A stretch of DNA of 64,000 nt from a virus: the IMG/VR virus record IMGVR_UViG_3300048854_000232, positions 192,618 through 256,617 of that record. One strand, given 5' to 3'. Made by a program: the position numbers and the translations under genes. Shown piece after piece: positions 47,239 through 56,705 of this stretch (positions are counted from its first letter, which is position 1; the number at the start of each line of letters is the position of its first letter). Below the pieces are notes generated by a model that did no database searches, had not been told where the DNA came from, and saw nothing but the letters and a program-made list of their open reading frames with translations.

Positions 47239-48177
47239 ATGCGCGTCGTTGACCGTGATACGTTCCTGACCTTGCCTCCGGGCACGTTCTACCAGAAGTT
47301 CTACTACACTCCCAAGGACACCCCGTACCGCGGTCAGCTGTTCGACGCGCTGCACATCAAGGGCGACACCCTGGTGACGGGCGAGCTGGAGGCAAGTACG
47401 TTCCAGACGTTCCCTTTCCCGGGGGTGAATTTCGAAGGGATCACCACCGCTAGCTACGAGGCGGTGCTGGAAGATCTGGCGAACAATCGCAATGCCACGT
47501 ATTCGCTGGTCTTCGGCGTCTGGTACGCCGATCATACTTACGATCAGCAGCCGCTTCGTAATGAGGACGGTCCGCTTTTTGCTGTGTGGGATCGCCAGGA
47601 TGTCGTGCGCCTCGTCCTTCGTGCCACGGCGGCTCTGAAAGAAGGCTACGCGCTGGACATCAACGACAACCCGTTCGTCGAGCCGATCGAAGAGCCCAAG
47701 CCCGTCCACCCCCAGAAGGTCATCAACGAGCTGATCCTTCCGGAGGTACACTTCGACACCAGCGACCCGAGCTTGTCGGCTGTGGAACGCGCCAACGATC
47801 GCGCTCCCCTGCGGCGGTTGCAATGGCGCACCTGCGCACCGCACAACCTGATGTTCTGGTTCGTCTTCAACTACCTTCCGCCCGAGGACCTGACCACGAT
47901 ACATTTCGGCAACGAGATGTCGGGCAGTTTAGCGTTGGAGCTGATCGATCTCATCACCGGTGAGCGGGTGGCGCTCAGCGATAAGCATGACTGGCGTGCC
48001 ATGACGCAGGAGCTGGCGGCGTACTTCGACGGGCAGTTCGTCAAGCAGGGCTCCAAGCTACGTACCTCGTTCCTGGACGCCAAACCGTTCAGTACGGGAA
48101 TCGAGCGGGTGTACTTCACCAGCCAGGCCTGGCGTGACGCCCTGGATGGCCGCAAGCCAAGCATCTACCTACGTTAA
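47239..48177 (+). CDS. hypothetical two-domain protein
   Basis: N-terminal domain like 46440; C-terminal domain with YFDGQF. Confidence 0.75.
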   Translation: MRVVDRDTFLTLPPGTFYQKFYYTPKDTPYRGQLFDALHIKGDTLVTGELEASTFQTFPFPGVNFEGITTASYEAVLEDLANNRNATYSLVFGVWYADHTYDQQPLRNEDGPLFAVWDRQDVVRLVLRATAALKEGYALDINDNPFVEPIEEPKPVHPQKVINELILPEVHFDTSDPSLSAVERANDRAPLRRLQWRTCAPHNLMFWFVFNYLPPEDLTTIHFGNEMSGSLALELIDLITGERVALSDKHDWRAMTQELAAYFDGQFVKQGSKLRTSFLDAKPFSTGIERVYFTSQAWRDALDGRKPSIYLR

Positions 48178-48183
48178 GGACTC

Positions 48184-48426
48184 ATGATGGCCGACCTCAC
48201 CGCACTACAGTACCTGATCCAGGTACACACCTACGGCGCAGGTCGGTTCTGGTCGGTGGAGAATCCGAAGAAGGCAGCCAGTAATTCGGAGCTCCGCCGC
48301 TGGATCGACCAGAAGAGCCTGTATATCAACGGCCGTCCGGTGACTTGCAATGAAGTCCTGGACTACGACTTCGACAGTGTGATCTTGTTCCCTAAGAATG
48401 CTCGTCGTCGCGTCACGCTCGTCTAA
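48184..48426 (+). CDS. stand-alone S4-like RNA-binding protein (TyrRS C-terminal-like)
   Basis: SNSELRRWIDQKSLYING matches the S4 consensus S.SEARR.I.QG.V.ING. Confidence 0.6.
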   Translation: MMADLTALQYLIQVHTYGAGRFWSVENPKKAASNSELRRWIDQKSLYINGRPVTCNEVLDYDFDSVILFPKNARRRVTLV

Positions 48427-48437
48427 AAGGTAACTCC

Positions 48438-48992
48438 ATGTCAAGCGACAATCTCGTTGAATCAGAACCATCCGCCTTGCGCCTGAAGCTGGCGGGTTTG
48501 AAGCCCCGTGCGATGGCCGCGTACTTACCACCCTCGCGTAAACCGGAGAGTGCCTCCCGACTGCATCTGGTTCCTTTGCGGGATGGTTGGGAACCGGACG
48601 TCGAGATCCACTTTATCCGCGGTAAGCGCGGGGGTGTGCAGGAACGCGAGACCTTGCGGTACTCGCTTCATCGGCAACCGCATGCGTTTTTCAGCACGCA
48701 CAAACCCAACAGCGCCGGTCACTTCGAACGCAGCCCGGTACCGCGGGATGACGACGATAACATCGCTCCCGAAGCGAAGGTCTTTTTCCGCGACCAGATC
48801 AACCGCATGGTGACTCACCTGCGGGGCCAACTTTACGCGATGGACCCTACCATCAAGCTGATGCACGTGGCGCTGTGGACCGTCGCTTATGGCACCGGCT
48901 TGCGCACACCGCAACTGCAGAACACCTGGGCGTCGGATTTCGAATCCGGTCTACGTGGGGACGAGCAGTGTGGGCTCTTCTACAACAACTAA
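48438..48992 (+). CDS. hypothetical protein (YLNGQL family)
   Basis: MVTHLRGQLY motif. Confidence 0.7.
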   Translation: MSSDNLVESEPSALRLKLAGLKPRAMAAYLPPSRKPESASRLHLVPLRDGWEPDVEIHFIRGKRGGVQERETLRYSLHRQPHAFFSTHKPNSAGHFERSPVPRDDDDNIAPEAKVFFRDQINRMVTHLRGQLYAMDPTIKLMHVALWTVAYGTGLRTPQLQNTWASDFESGLRGDEQCGLFYNN

Positions 48993-49013
48993 CTTTCCGC
49001 CCGGGAATCCAAC

Positions 49014-49358
49014 ATGTCCATTGAAGTACGCATTCAAGTTGAACCGCAGTTGCTTGCCGCCCTGAAAGAGAAGCCTGTCCACCTGGTCGACGTGATCGAG
49101 CAGGCTATCGAACGGACGGTGGGACGGGAGAACATGAACCCGTGTCTCATCCGTTGCGAACCGTTCGGTGTCGACATGCTGGGGTCAGACAAAGAAGAAC
49201 TCACTGATCTCGTCGCGACGAAGACGTGGTTCGATCGGATGGGCATCGACTACGACATCCGCCCAACAGCAACAGGCGGGTGCGACTTGTTGGCTCTCAT
49301 GCATACCTTCACCTTCGATAGTGCAGGTAAGCTGATCGAAAAGTGCTTTACAGACTAA
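49014..49358 (+). CDS. hypothetical protein, paralogue of 49377..49745
   Basis: IEV.I.V.PQL and F.FD..GKL shared. Confidence 0.7.
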   Translation: MSIEVRIQVEPQLLAALKEKPVHLVDVIEQAIERTVGRENMNPCLIRCEPFGVDMLGSDKEELTDLVATKTWFDRMGIDYDIRPTATGGCDLLALMHTFTFDSAGKLIEKCFTD

Positions 49359-49376
49359 TAACAAAGGAACGCGCAC

Positions 49377-49745
49377 GTGACCATTGAAGTACTTATCACC
49401 GTCGATCCTCAGTTGCAGGACAGTCTGCTGGATCGGCAAATCTCTCTCACCAGTGAAGCCTACAAGGCCTTCGAAAAGGTTTTGGCCCCGGAGGAACTGG
49501 CGCCCATCCATCTTGGCTGTGAAGCCACGTTGGACGGGAAGATTGAGAAGCCCACCGAAGAGTCCATGATCCGTCAGGCCATGACTCGCATCGGGCAGGT
49601 CAATACCGGACAACCGTGGTGGCCGGATTTGTACAGCTTCGCACCCGGGGCGACCTCGTCGCTGGAAGTCTCGATCAGTGGCCTGGCGTCGACGTTCTTC
49701 TTCGACGCCAACGGTAAGCTCCTTCACCTCAACCAGGATTACTGA
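49377..49745 (+). CDS. hypothetical protein, paralogue of 49014..49358
   Basis: Shared motifs. Confidence 0.7.
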   Translation: MTIEVLITVDPQLQDSLLDRQISLTSEAYKAFEKVLAPEELAPIHLGCEATLDGKIEKPTEESMIRQAMTRIGQVNTGQPWWPDLYSFAPGATSSLEVSISGLASTFFFDANGKLLHLNQDY

Positions 49746-49747
49746 CC

Positions 49748-50044
49748 ATGACCATCGTCATCAACATCGTTTCCGACCAGCCGCGCGAAGGTAAGACCTC
49801 CGTGGCCGCCGTGATCGCTCGTGCCCTCAAGCAGTCCTTCCCGGATAACGAGATCGTCGTGGATTGTCAGGACGGTGACTTCGACAAGAAGTACAGCATG
49901 CGCGACATGGACATGAAGATCTTCAGTCCTATCCATATCAACGACAACAACGGCCACGGCGGTGCGGCGGAGCACAAGGTCGTCCGCACCCGCGTCAACG
50001 AGCAGTTCCCCGCGTTGGAGCAGGTCGATGAATCGGTGGGTTGA
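49748..50044 (+). CDS. small hypothetical protein with Walker-A-like motif
   Basis: PREGKTSVAAVIARAL. Confidence 0.65.
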   Translation: MTIVINIVSDQPREGKTSVAAVIARALKQSFPDNEIVVDCQDGDFDKKYSMRDMDMKIFSPIHINDNNGHGGAAEHKVVRTRVNEQFPALEQVDESVG

Positions 50045-50705
50045 TCAGACCCAGCTCTACCAGGATTCACCCCGGCAGTACGGGAACTGCGTCCAGGCCT
50101 CGGTCGCCTCACTATTGTTCCTGCCACTGGAGGCTGTCCCGGCCTTCCACGAAGCCAATGGCAATGCGGGGATGTTCTGGGAGAGCCTCACTCGCTTTCT
50201 GAACAGCCAAGGTTACGAACTGCAGTCGAAGTATCCCAGTCACGGCCAACGTCCCGCTCATCCCGATGGCCTGCACTTGGTCTCAGGACCCACCGAGCGA
50301 TCAGCGTCAGGCTCCGGCGATCACATGGTCATCTACCGGGGTAAGGAGCTGGTCTTTGATCCGCATCCCTCACATGCGGGCTTGACCGACGTGTCGGCCG
50401 TGTATTTGCTACTCCCCTTAGATCCGGCGGAGTTCAAGCGCGAACGGATCCTGGCCAGTGAAGATAAGGAACCCGGTGTGGACTGGCCGATCCATGAGAC
50501 CTATCCCAAAGTCCGACTCCTGGTAGGTCCGGGCTATGCGGGAGTATACGAGATCATCCGGTACCCACGCTTTGGAGTAAAAGAGCATTGGAACCCTGAT
50601 GGCTGGTCGCTTAGCAGCACTACGCCGCTGGATCGTGAAAGCGCCAACGAAATCTGCGAGACCCTGTGCTTGCAGCTGGGCCAGTCCACGCTGATGGATC
50701 TGTAA
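50028..50705 (+). CDS. putative papain-like (C39-like) cysteine peptidase
   Basis: Q...GNCVQASVASLL, HMVIY and FDPHP give Cys-His-Asp order. Confidence 0.55.
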   Translation: MNRWVDQTQLYQDSPRQYGNCVQASVASLLFLPLEAVPAFHEANGNAGMFWESLTRFLNSQGYELQSKYPSHGQRPAHPDGLHLVSGPTERSASGSGDHMVIYRGKELVFDPHPSHAGLTDVSAVYLLLPLDPAEFKRERILASEDKEPGVDWPIHETYPKVRLLVGPGYAGVYEIIRYPRFGVKEHWNPDGWSLSSTTPLDRESANEICETLCLQLGQSTLMDL

Positions 50706-50776
50706 CCCGCAGCACCCCTCGTTCTAAGGCGGACGAGGGTATTCATCCTGTACGTTCGACATCAAGGAATACAAAG

Positions 50777-51184
50777 ATGACCACCGAAAACCAGGCGCTG
50801 ATCGATGCGTTTGAGCTGCCCACGATCACCGTGAACGAGGGCGCCCCCGCCATGGGTCTGCGCCGCTTGGCACACGATGCGGAAAACCCGCAGCTCGTCG
50901 CTCAGTTCAGCGATGGTAGTACTCTGCCCTTTGAGGTGTTTACCGTCGATGACGATACACGCTTCGAAGTCGCAGACAACCCGTACGCCCTGTCCCAGAT
51001 CCAGATCTCCTGCGCCGGCTATTTCAAAGGCCAGGCGCTGAAGGCGGGCCTGGACATTACCGTCAACCAGGTTGACCACACCTACCAGGTCGAAGGCAAC
51101 TGGATCACCGCCGCCGCGGTCACCAGCTACTCCTACCTGGAGCGCGGCTACCACGGTGAAGCGGCCGAGATCCCCTACGCGTAA
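50777..51184 (+). CDS. hypothetical protein
   Basis: SD AAGGA; strong codon bias. Confidence 0.75.
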   Translation: MTTENQALIDAFELPTITVNEGAPAMGLRRLAHDAENPQLVAQFSDGSTLPFEVFTVDDDTRFEVADNPYALSQIQISCAGYFKGQALKAGLDITVNQVDHTYQVEGNWITAAAVTSYSYLERGYHGEAAEIPYA

Positions 51185-51253
51185 CACGGCATACCGCCCC
51201 TCCCCGTTTGGGGAGGGGTTAAGCGGCGAGGTTTCTTTTTGCATTCGACCGGG

Positions 51254-51270
51254 TTTCAAACCTACAACAT
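51254..51270 (+). promoter_or_regulatory. phiKZ-like early promoter (variant)
   Basis: TTTCAAACCTACAACAT. Confidence 0.55.
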
Positions 51271-51309
51271 CCAGGGGTAAGACCCACCACGACAACAACT
51301 GGATGTGAC

Positions 51310-51606
51310 ATGGCAAACGACTTCAGCAAAGAGCTGCCGACCCATCGGCAGGTCAAGAGCGCGATCGAACAGATCCTGCTGCCCAACAGCGAGTTCCTGA
51401 CCAAACACCTGGACCCGTTCGACTACGACGATCTGGAGATCACCTCCACCAAGCAGTACCTGATCGTCAAGGCGTACGCACAGGGTACGTTGGCCGCGGA
51501 GCTGGTCCTGACGCGAAAGAAGCGCGAAGGATTCACGTTGACGGTCAAGGCCTACCAGAAGGTCCGTGTGACCAAGACCCCCATGAAGACAGGTGCCGCT
51601 AAATGA
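51310..51606 (+). CDS. hypothetical protein
   Basis: First gene after the early promoter. Confidence 0.7.
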   Translation: MANDFSKELPTHRQVKSAIEQILLPNSEFLTKHLDPFDYDDLEITSTKQYLIVKAYAQGTLAAELVLTRKKREGFTLTVKAYQKVRVTKTPMKTGAAK

Positions 51607-52367
51607 CAACGATCACATGGGATGGTACAATACTCGCCGCCGACAGCCGAGGGGCAATCAATGGCACGGATCTCGTCTCAGACAACCGTTTTAAGATCCG
51701 CACGCTCAAGCAGCCGATGTATCTGGCTAACATTGAGCGGGACGCCCCGGAAGCAGATAAGAAGGTCCTGATCACGCACATCGCCGGTGCGGGAGCAGGT
51801 GGGGCGATCAAAGCCGCGATCGAAGCGATGGAAGCTGCACCGCTGAGCTTTTTGGACTTCCATCGTAAGTTGAAGTCCTCCACCCTGCAAGATCCTCGCC
51901 GTAGCTTTACCCTGCTGTTGATTGCTGAAGGGCGCGCATTCACGTTCCGAGCAGGCGAGTCGCACTTCCGCGAATCGCGTACCAGCTTAGAGCGCGACCT
52001 GCCCTTGCGCGTGTCGATCGGCAGTGGCTCGGATGTTGCCCAGTGGTTGATGCGCTCCTTCGATGTTCCGCCGCACTTGGCGGTGGCCGGCGCGTCTTTG
52101 ACCGACCCGCATACCGGCGGCGTGATCCACGTTCGTAAGTTCAAGAAGGGTGCAGTCGTTCGCGAAGAAGAGATCTACTACGGCGACATGAACAAGCTAC
52201 GGCGGGAGCTGCAACGCTGGATCGCTAAACACCCGGTGGCCAAAGAAGTTCAACTGGCCTCGCAGTACCATCACAAGCGGGAAGACCGCGACAGCCGCCT
52301 GTTCCGATTCTGGTTCGAGAAGCCGACCCCCAAGACCGACGACAAGCCCACGGAGACCAAAGCATGA
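51603..52367 (+). CDS. Ntn-hydrolase peptidase (HslV/proteasome-beta-like)
   Basis: M-TT start; LAADSR; Lys at about position 29; IGSGS; DPHTGG. Confidence 0.75.
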   Translation: MTTITWDGTILAADSRGAINGTDLVSDNRFKIRTLKQPMYLANIERDAPEADKKVLITHIAGAGAGGAIKAAIEAMEAAPLSFLDFHRKLKSSTLQDPRRSFTLLLIAEGRAFTFRAGESHFRESRTSLERDLPLRVSIGSGSDVAQWLMRSFDVPPHLAVAGASLTDPHTGGVIHVRKFKKGAVVREEEIYYGDMNKLRRELQRWIAKHPVAKEVQLASQYHHKREDRDSRLFRFWFEKPTPKTDDKPTETKA

Positions 52368-53173
52368 CGACGTTGATGTGGCACACGAACGCGGTCTACG
52401 CCGACACCCGGATGGTCAAGGGCGATGAGGTCTTCTCCTCCATGACCAAGATCCACGGCCTGAAGAAGCCGATCGACTTTATCAGCGAAAAGCGCGAGAT
52501 CACTGATCGGATCTTCGGCTGGTACTGCTCCGGTGCGGTGATCTGCGGTCAGGCGCTGTTCGAGTACCTTGAGAACGGCAGTCCCAACGTGGACCTGGCC
52601 CTCCAGGCGCTGATCATGGCCGAACGCTTTAACCTCGCCAATTACGACAACTTCTTCGAGCTCATCCTGATCGGTGAGAAGGCGAACTACTCAGTGGGTT
52701 GGCAGCCCGGCGGGCATCGACTGGAGGTCTACGAACACGACCGACCCTTCGTGTTGGGTAGCGGGAAGAACATCCTCCTGGACTTGTTGGAGACCACGCC
52801 TGACATCCATCCGCTGCGGGCGATGTACGCGACGTTCTATCGGGATCGCATGTCCGGTGGGATGGTCGAGGTCTGGCACCTGGAACCCAAGAGCGAGCAT
52901 AGTGACACCCGGTTCTATCGCCTGGGTATCGGCGAAGAACGGACCGACGAAGAGATCGCTCCGTTGTTGCTGGATCTGACGGCGCCGATGCCACTGGACT
53001 TTATCAAGCCCACCGACCGGATGCGGGCGGTGCTGGAGTTCCTCGAAAAGAAGGACGCTGAAAAAGAAGCGGAAGAGAAAAGTAAAGCGCAAGCGAAGAA
53101 GGCACGCAAAGCCGTTCGCCACAAAGTCACCACCGTGATCACTCCGAAGAAGAGGAAGAAGAAACATGAGTAA
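52364..53173 (+). CDS. second Ntn-hydrolase peptidase (HslV/proteasome-beta-like)
   Basis: M-TT start; YADTR; TKIH; LGSG; DRMSGG; Lys-rich tail. Confidence 0.7.
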   Translation: MTTLMWHTNAVYADTRMVKGDEVFSSMTKIHGLKKPIDFISEKREITDRIFGWYCSGAVICGQALFEYLENGSPNVDLALQALIMAERFNLANYDNFFELILIGEKANYSVGWQPGGHRLEVYEHDRPFVLGSGKNILLDLLETTPDIHPLRAMYATFYRDRMSGGMVEVWHLEPKSEHSDTRFYRLGIGEERTDEEIAPLLLDLTAPMPLDFIKPTDRMRAVLEFLEKKDAEKEAEEKSKAQAKKARKAVRHKVTTVITPKKRKKKHE

Positions 53174-53528
53174 GCCCAACAGCTTCATCGCGCATCTGAC
53201 CAAGCTCGTCGATGAAGGCAACAACCGCAAGCTGGTCGGTCAAGCCATCGGCGTCGATGCGCTCTCGGCCGTGATCAACGGTGAGCGCCCGCTCTCGGCC
53301 GACCAGGCGGTGAAGATCGCCGGCATCCTGGGCACCACGGCCAAGAAGCTACTGAACAAGCAGACCGAAAGCCAGCTCCAGGAACTGGAGGGCATGGAGA
53401 CCAAGCCGGACAAGCGCACGGTCAAGGTGACCACCACCGGCGGTGAGGCCTCCAAGAGCCCGATGGGTCCGCGCCCGGTCTACTCCGGTCGACGCCTGCT
53501 CGGCTTCAGCACCCCGACCCGCAAGTAA
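53166..53528 (+). CDS. HigA-like HTH protein
   Basis: LSAVINGERPLSADQAVKIAGILGTT...LN.Q. Confidence 0.7.
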   Translation: MSKPNSFIAHLTKLVDEGNNRKLVGQAIGVDALSAVINGERPLSADQAVKIAGILGTTAKKLLNKQTESQLQELEGMETKPDKRTVKVTTTGGEASKSPMGPRPVYSGRRLLGFSTPTRK

Positions 53529-53590
53529 GTCCACGCCAGCTAGACCCGTCGCGGGGTCTAGCTGCTTATTCACCCAACGAGACCAGACTC

Positions 53591-54109
53591 ATGGGCTTTG
53601 AAATCCGCCGGATCAAACCCGGTTTTGAACATCCCAAAACGGGTGACGGTCAGTTCCTTTCCCTGTTTCCCTCAGGAAAGAGTGAGTTCGAGTTTCGCGA
53701 GCAAGAGGCATGGAGTCGCGGCTGGGCTTGGAACTACGAAGCGTTGCATCGCCTGGATAATCCCAAGCCGGGTTGGCGGCCTCTTAACGAGCGTGAGAGG
53801 GCCACAACCTACGCCATAGATAACGATCCGCCGGTGTCGCCCTATTTCTGTATGCCGATGTGGTCACCCCAAGAAGCCACGCACTTCGCCTGGTATGAAA
53901 CGGTGTCCGAGGGTTCCCCGGTCTCTCCGGTCTTCGCCACGACAGAAGAGATGGCGCGCTACACCCATGCTCATGCGAATCCCACCCGCCATGTGAGTCG
54001 GCAGCAGACGCTCGAGGAAGAAATCAAGCAGGCCAATAATCCGCGCAATTACGCGATCGACTACTGGGCCTGGCTGCAAGTACCTATTCCGGAGGTGTCG
54101 CGTGGGTAA
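53591..54109 (+). CDS. hypothetical protein
   Basis: YETVSEGSPVSPVF motif typical of a small phage protein family. Confidence 0.7.
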   Translation: MGFEIRRIKPGFEHPKTGDGQFLSLFPSGKSEFEFREQEAWSRGWAWNYEALHRLDNPKPGWRPLNERERATTYAIDNDPPVSPYFCMPMWSPQEATHFAWYETVSEGSPVSPVFATTEEMARYTHAHANPTRHVSRQQTLEEEIKQANNPRNYAIDYWAWLQVPIPEVSRG

Positions 54110-54521
54110 GCCCAAGTTCGTCTTTCATCGCGAGTTCAGCTGGGCTGCCACACCTCTACCAAACACCCAGGTCATTCGCCCACGCCGATCCTTGGCAGCT
54201 AACCTCGACTACATGTGCGGTTTGAATGCGGCCAAGACGTTCATGGCCATGACCGGTTACCCGGATGATGAATCCTTCGCCAAAGCGGCGCCCAACGTTA
54301 AGGCCGTACTGACCTATATCCAATACAACACCATTCACCGGTGTGACTTACGCCCCGGGGTTGACATCAATCGATTCCTGCTGCTCTTGGCGGACGGGTT
54401 TGGGCATCGCCTGAAATTGGGCATGTTCGCGCCGGAGTTCCCGATCAGTACCATCGCCTACGTGGACCATGGCGTGTCCGAATGGCTGAAGGTAAACCGC
54501 AATCCTCCCTTGTCTTCGTAA
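54102..54521 (+). CDS. hypothetical protein
   Basis: SD GGAGG. Confidence 0.7.
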   Translation: MGKPKFVFHREFSWAATPLPNTQVIRPRRSLAANLDYMCGLNAAKTFMAMTGYPDDESFAKAAPNVKAVLTYIQYNTIHRCDLRPGVDINRFLLLLADGFGHRLKLGMFAPEFPISTIAYVDHGVSEWLKVNRNPPLSS

Positions 54522-54535
54522 AGGAAACGTGTTAC

Positions 54536-54922
54536 ATGGCCATCCGTCATTGCGGCAGTGCAGGCAACCTCAAGTTGGATGAGGTTGTGCGGATCAATCA
54601 TCGCGACATGAAAGTGATACTCCACCGAGCGTCCAGTCGCACCAGTATGTTCCGGGTGTTCCTGGCCAAACCCGCCACGCCGCCGGCTACGGCGTTGAGC
54701 TGGCTGCATGTGAGCGAACGCGTGCATGGCACTGGTTGGACGTTGACGGCATCCAGCATGCCCGAGGCGATGCGACAAGTGATCCGGGACTTCCTGGCTC
54801 ATCGAAACGATCACGACACCTACTACATCGAGGAAGCGGACGCCGGCAAGCTGGTGGCCCGTCTACGCGCAACCCAAGACCGTGCTGCCAAGCAGGCAGC
54901 CCTTACCAAGGAACTGGCATGA
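54536..54922 (+). CDS. hypothetical protein
   Basis: SD AAGGA. Confidence 0.65.
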   Translation: MAIRHCGSAGNLKLDEVVRINHRDMKVILHRASSRTSMFRVFLAKPATPPATALSWLHVSERVHGTGWTLTASSMPEAMRQVIRDFLAHRNDHDTYYIEEADAGKLVARLRATQDRAAKQAALTKELA

Positions 54923-55269
54923 ACAACGAACGCAATACCGACGACGAAGAACAGGCCCTGAAGATCCAGCGCATGGTCCGCGCCAATACCGCCGTAGGGG
55001 CACAGGGACGCTTTCGTACCCTGTTTACCGCCGAGCAGGCCGCGGAAGCCATTGCTGCACGGGAAGCGGGGAACCTGGACAACGAACAGCTCAAGCGCAT
55101 CGGCAAGTTGTCGAACTACCCCAATCGGGACATCCTGTACATCCACCAGATGACCCACTCGACGCCGGTACGTGATGCCCCGACACGCACCACGCTTTTC
55201 AAGACCGGTGGTCACGACAGGTTGACCAAGGTCTGTCGCGATGCGGTCCGCCAGATCAACAAGCCGTAA
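54919..55269 (+). CDS. hypothetical protein
   Basis: ATGA overlap; SD AAGGA. Confidence 0.65.
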   Translation: MNNERNTDDEEQALKIQRMVRANTAVGAQGRFRTLFTAEQAAEAIAAREAGNLDNEQLKRIGKLSNYPNRDILYIHQMTHSTPVRDAPTRTTLFKTGGHDRLTKVCRDAVRQINKP

Positions 55270-55280
55270 GGGGACAGGTC

Positions 55281-55898
55281 ATGTGGTTTAACAAGAAAGC
55301 CTCACCCGAGCCGGAACCCGAAGTCGTCAAAGAGCCGGGCACGGAAGTCGTGGTCGATTACGTACACCGGGTCTTTACCGGCGGTCTTCCCTTCACCTTG
55401 GATGCGCTACCTCGCACGGGTGTGCACGAGCACGTGCTGCTCGTGACCAAGGAAGAGGCCGAGCAGGTCGAGAACCACGTCGTCCTACAGGTTCGCCATA
55501 AGGACGATCACATTCCTGTGGTGCCGATCTACCTGATCAGTCGGCGCACTGAGGATGGCTCGGAGGGTCGGGCCTTCTGGACCTACCGGCCGACCAGTAA
55601 CACTCTGAGCCACGTTGACAATACCCGCCGCGCTGACTGGCTCAAGCTGCTGGTCGATTACCTGAATGGTCAGTTGGTCCCGCAGAATTGGCGTTGCATG
55701 AGTGGTGAGCTCGTGGACCGCTACGCTGCGGACGAAGCCGAAGAGAAGGGTGATAACCATCGCCTCTCCAAACACACAAGCGTGAGCATGCGTTATTTCC
55801 GCGAAGACCGATGGCGCTTTGATTTCCCAGCCCGACCCTGGGAAGCCGGCGTGCACAAGGTCGATGGCTTTCTACTGAAGCTCGACGGTTACGACTGA
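55281..55898 (+). CDS. hypothetical protein (YLNGQL family)
   Basis: LVDYLNGQLV motif. Confidence 0.7.
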   Translation: MWFNKKASPEPEPEVVKEPGTEVVVDYVHRVFTGGLPFTLDALPRTGVHEHVLLVTKEEAEQVENHVVLQVRHKDDHIPVVPIYLISRRTEDGSEGRAFWTYRPTSNTLSHVDNTRRADWLKLLVDYLNGQLVPQNWRCMSGELVDRYAADEAEEKGDNHRLSKHTSVSMRYFREDRWRFDFPARPWEAGVHKVDGFLLKLDGYD

Positions 55899-55931
55899 CC
55901 CCCTCTTACCACTCAACAAGGAAGCTACCCG

Positions 55932-56336
55932 TTGAAAACCAATCTCTACACCACCCCGCCCTTTGGGCCTCACCTGATCTCGCCGGGTACACCGCCCATT
56001 GGTGGGTTGATTTGGATCGATCGGCACATGCCGGTCCCCAAGCCTCCGGGCTCGATGCGGTTTCGCATGGCCTATGTGAACTACCTGCTGACCGGCGATC
56101 GCTCCTACCTCAATTCCATCGAACGTTACGAGATGGAGCGGAAGTTGGTCTTTCCCGATCAGAAGACGCTGTCACCGACCGACGCGGCTGAATCGCGTCA
56201 GTCGATCTGGCGGCAGAACTTCGATCACATGGAGTTGGAGCTGGTCTTGGATCACGGTCGAGAGATTCGTCTGATCCAGCACAACCTCAAGTACATCAAG
56301 CTGATCGTCGGCGTTTGTTTGGAACGCACTGAATAA
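55932..56336 (+). CDS. hypothetical protein
   Basis: SD AAGGA before TTG. Confidence 0.65.
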   Translation: MKTNLYTTPPFGPHLISPGTPPIGGLIWIDRHMPVPKPPGSMRFRMAYVNYLLTGDRSYLNSIERYEMERKLVFPDQKTLSPTDAAESRQSIWRQNFDHMELELVLDHGREIRLIQHNLKYIKLIVGVCLERTE

Positions 56337-56363
56337 TCCACCACACAAGAAGGAAACCATCCC

Positions 56364-56705
56364 ATGGTCAATCGTGCTATGCCGCCGCATCCGGGTAAGG
56401 TGCTGAAAGAAGAGTTCCTGGAGCCGCTGAAGCTCTCCCGCGCCGAAGTCGCTCGTGAGACGGGCATTCCGTATGTGACCCTGACCCGCATCGTGGCGGG
56501 CAAGCTGGGTCTGAATGCTGACCAGGCCTTGCGTCTGGGCCGGTACTTCAAGAACGGCGAGCGGTTCTGGTTCGACCTGCAGTGCGAGTACGAGATCCGC
56601 CTGGCCAAGCGTGAGAGCTGGCAGGAGATCAAGGGCGAGGTCGCCCCGATCCTTTACTCGGTGGTCAAGAAGGCCGCCCGTGAGAAGGTTCGCCTGGAGG
56701 ACTAA
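56364..56705 (+). CDS. HigA-family antitoxin-like HTH protein
   Basis: PPHPGKVLKEEFLEPL..ALRLGRYF....FW.DLQ..Y. Confidence 0.88.
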   Translation: MVNRAMPPHPGKVLKEEFLEPLKLSRAEVARETGIPYVTLTRIVAGKLGLNADQALRLGRYFKNGERFWFDLQCEYEIRLAKRESWQEIKGEVAPILYSVVKKAAREKVRLED

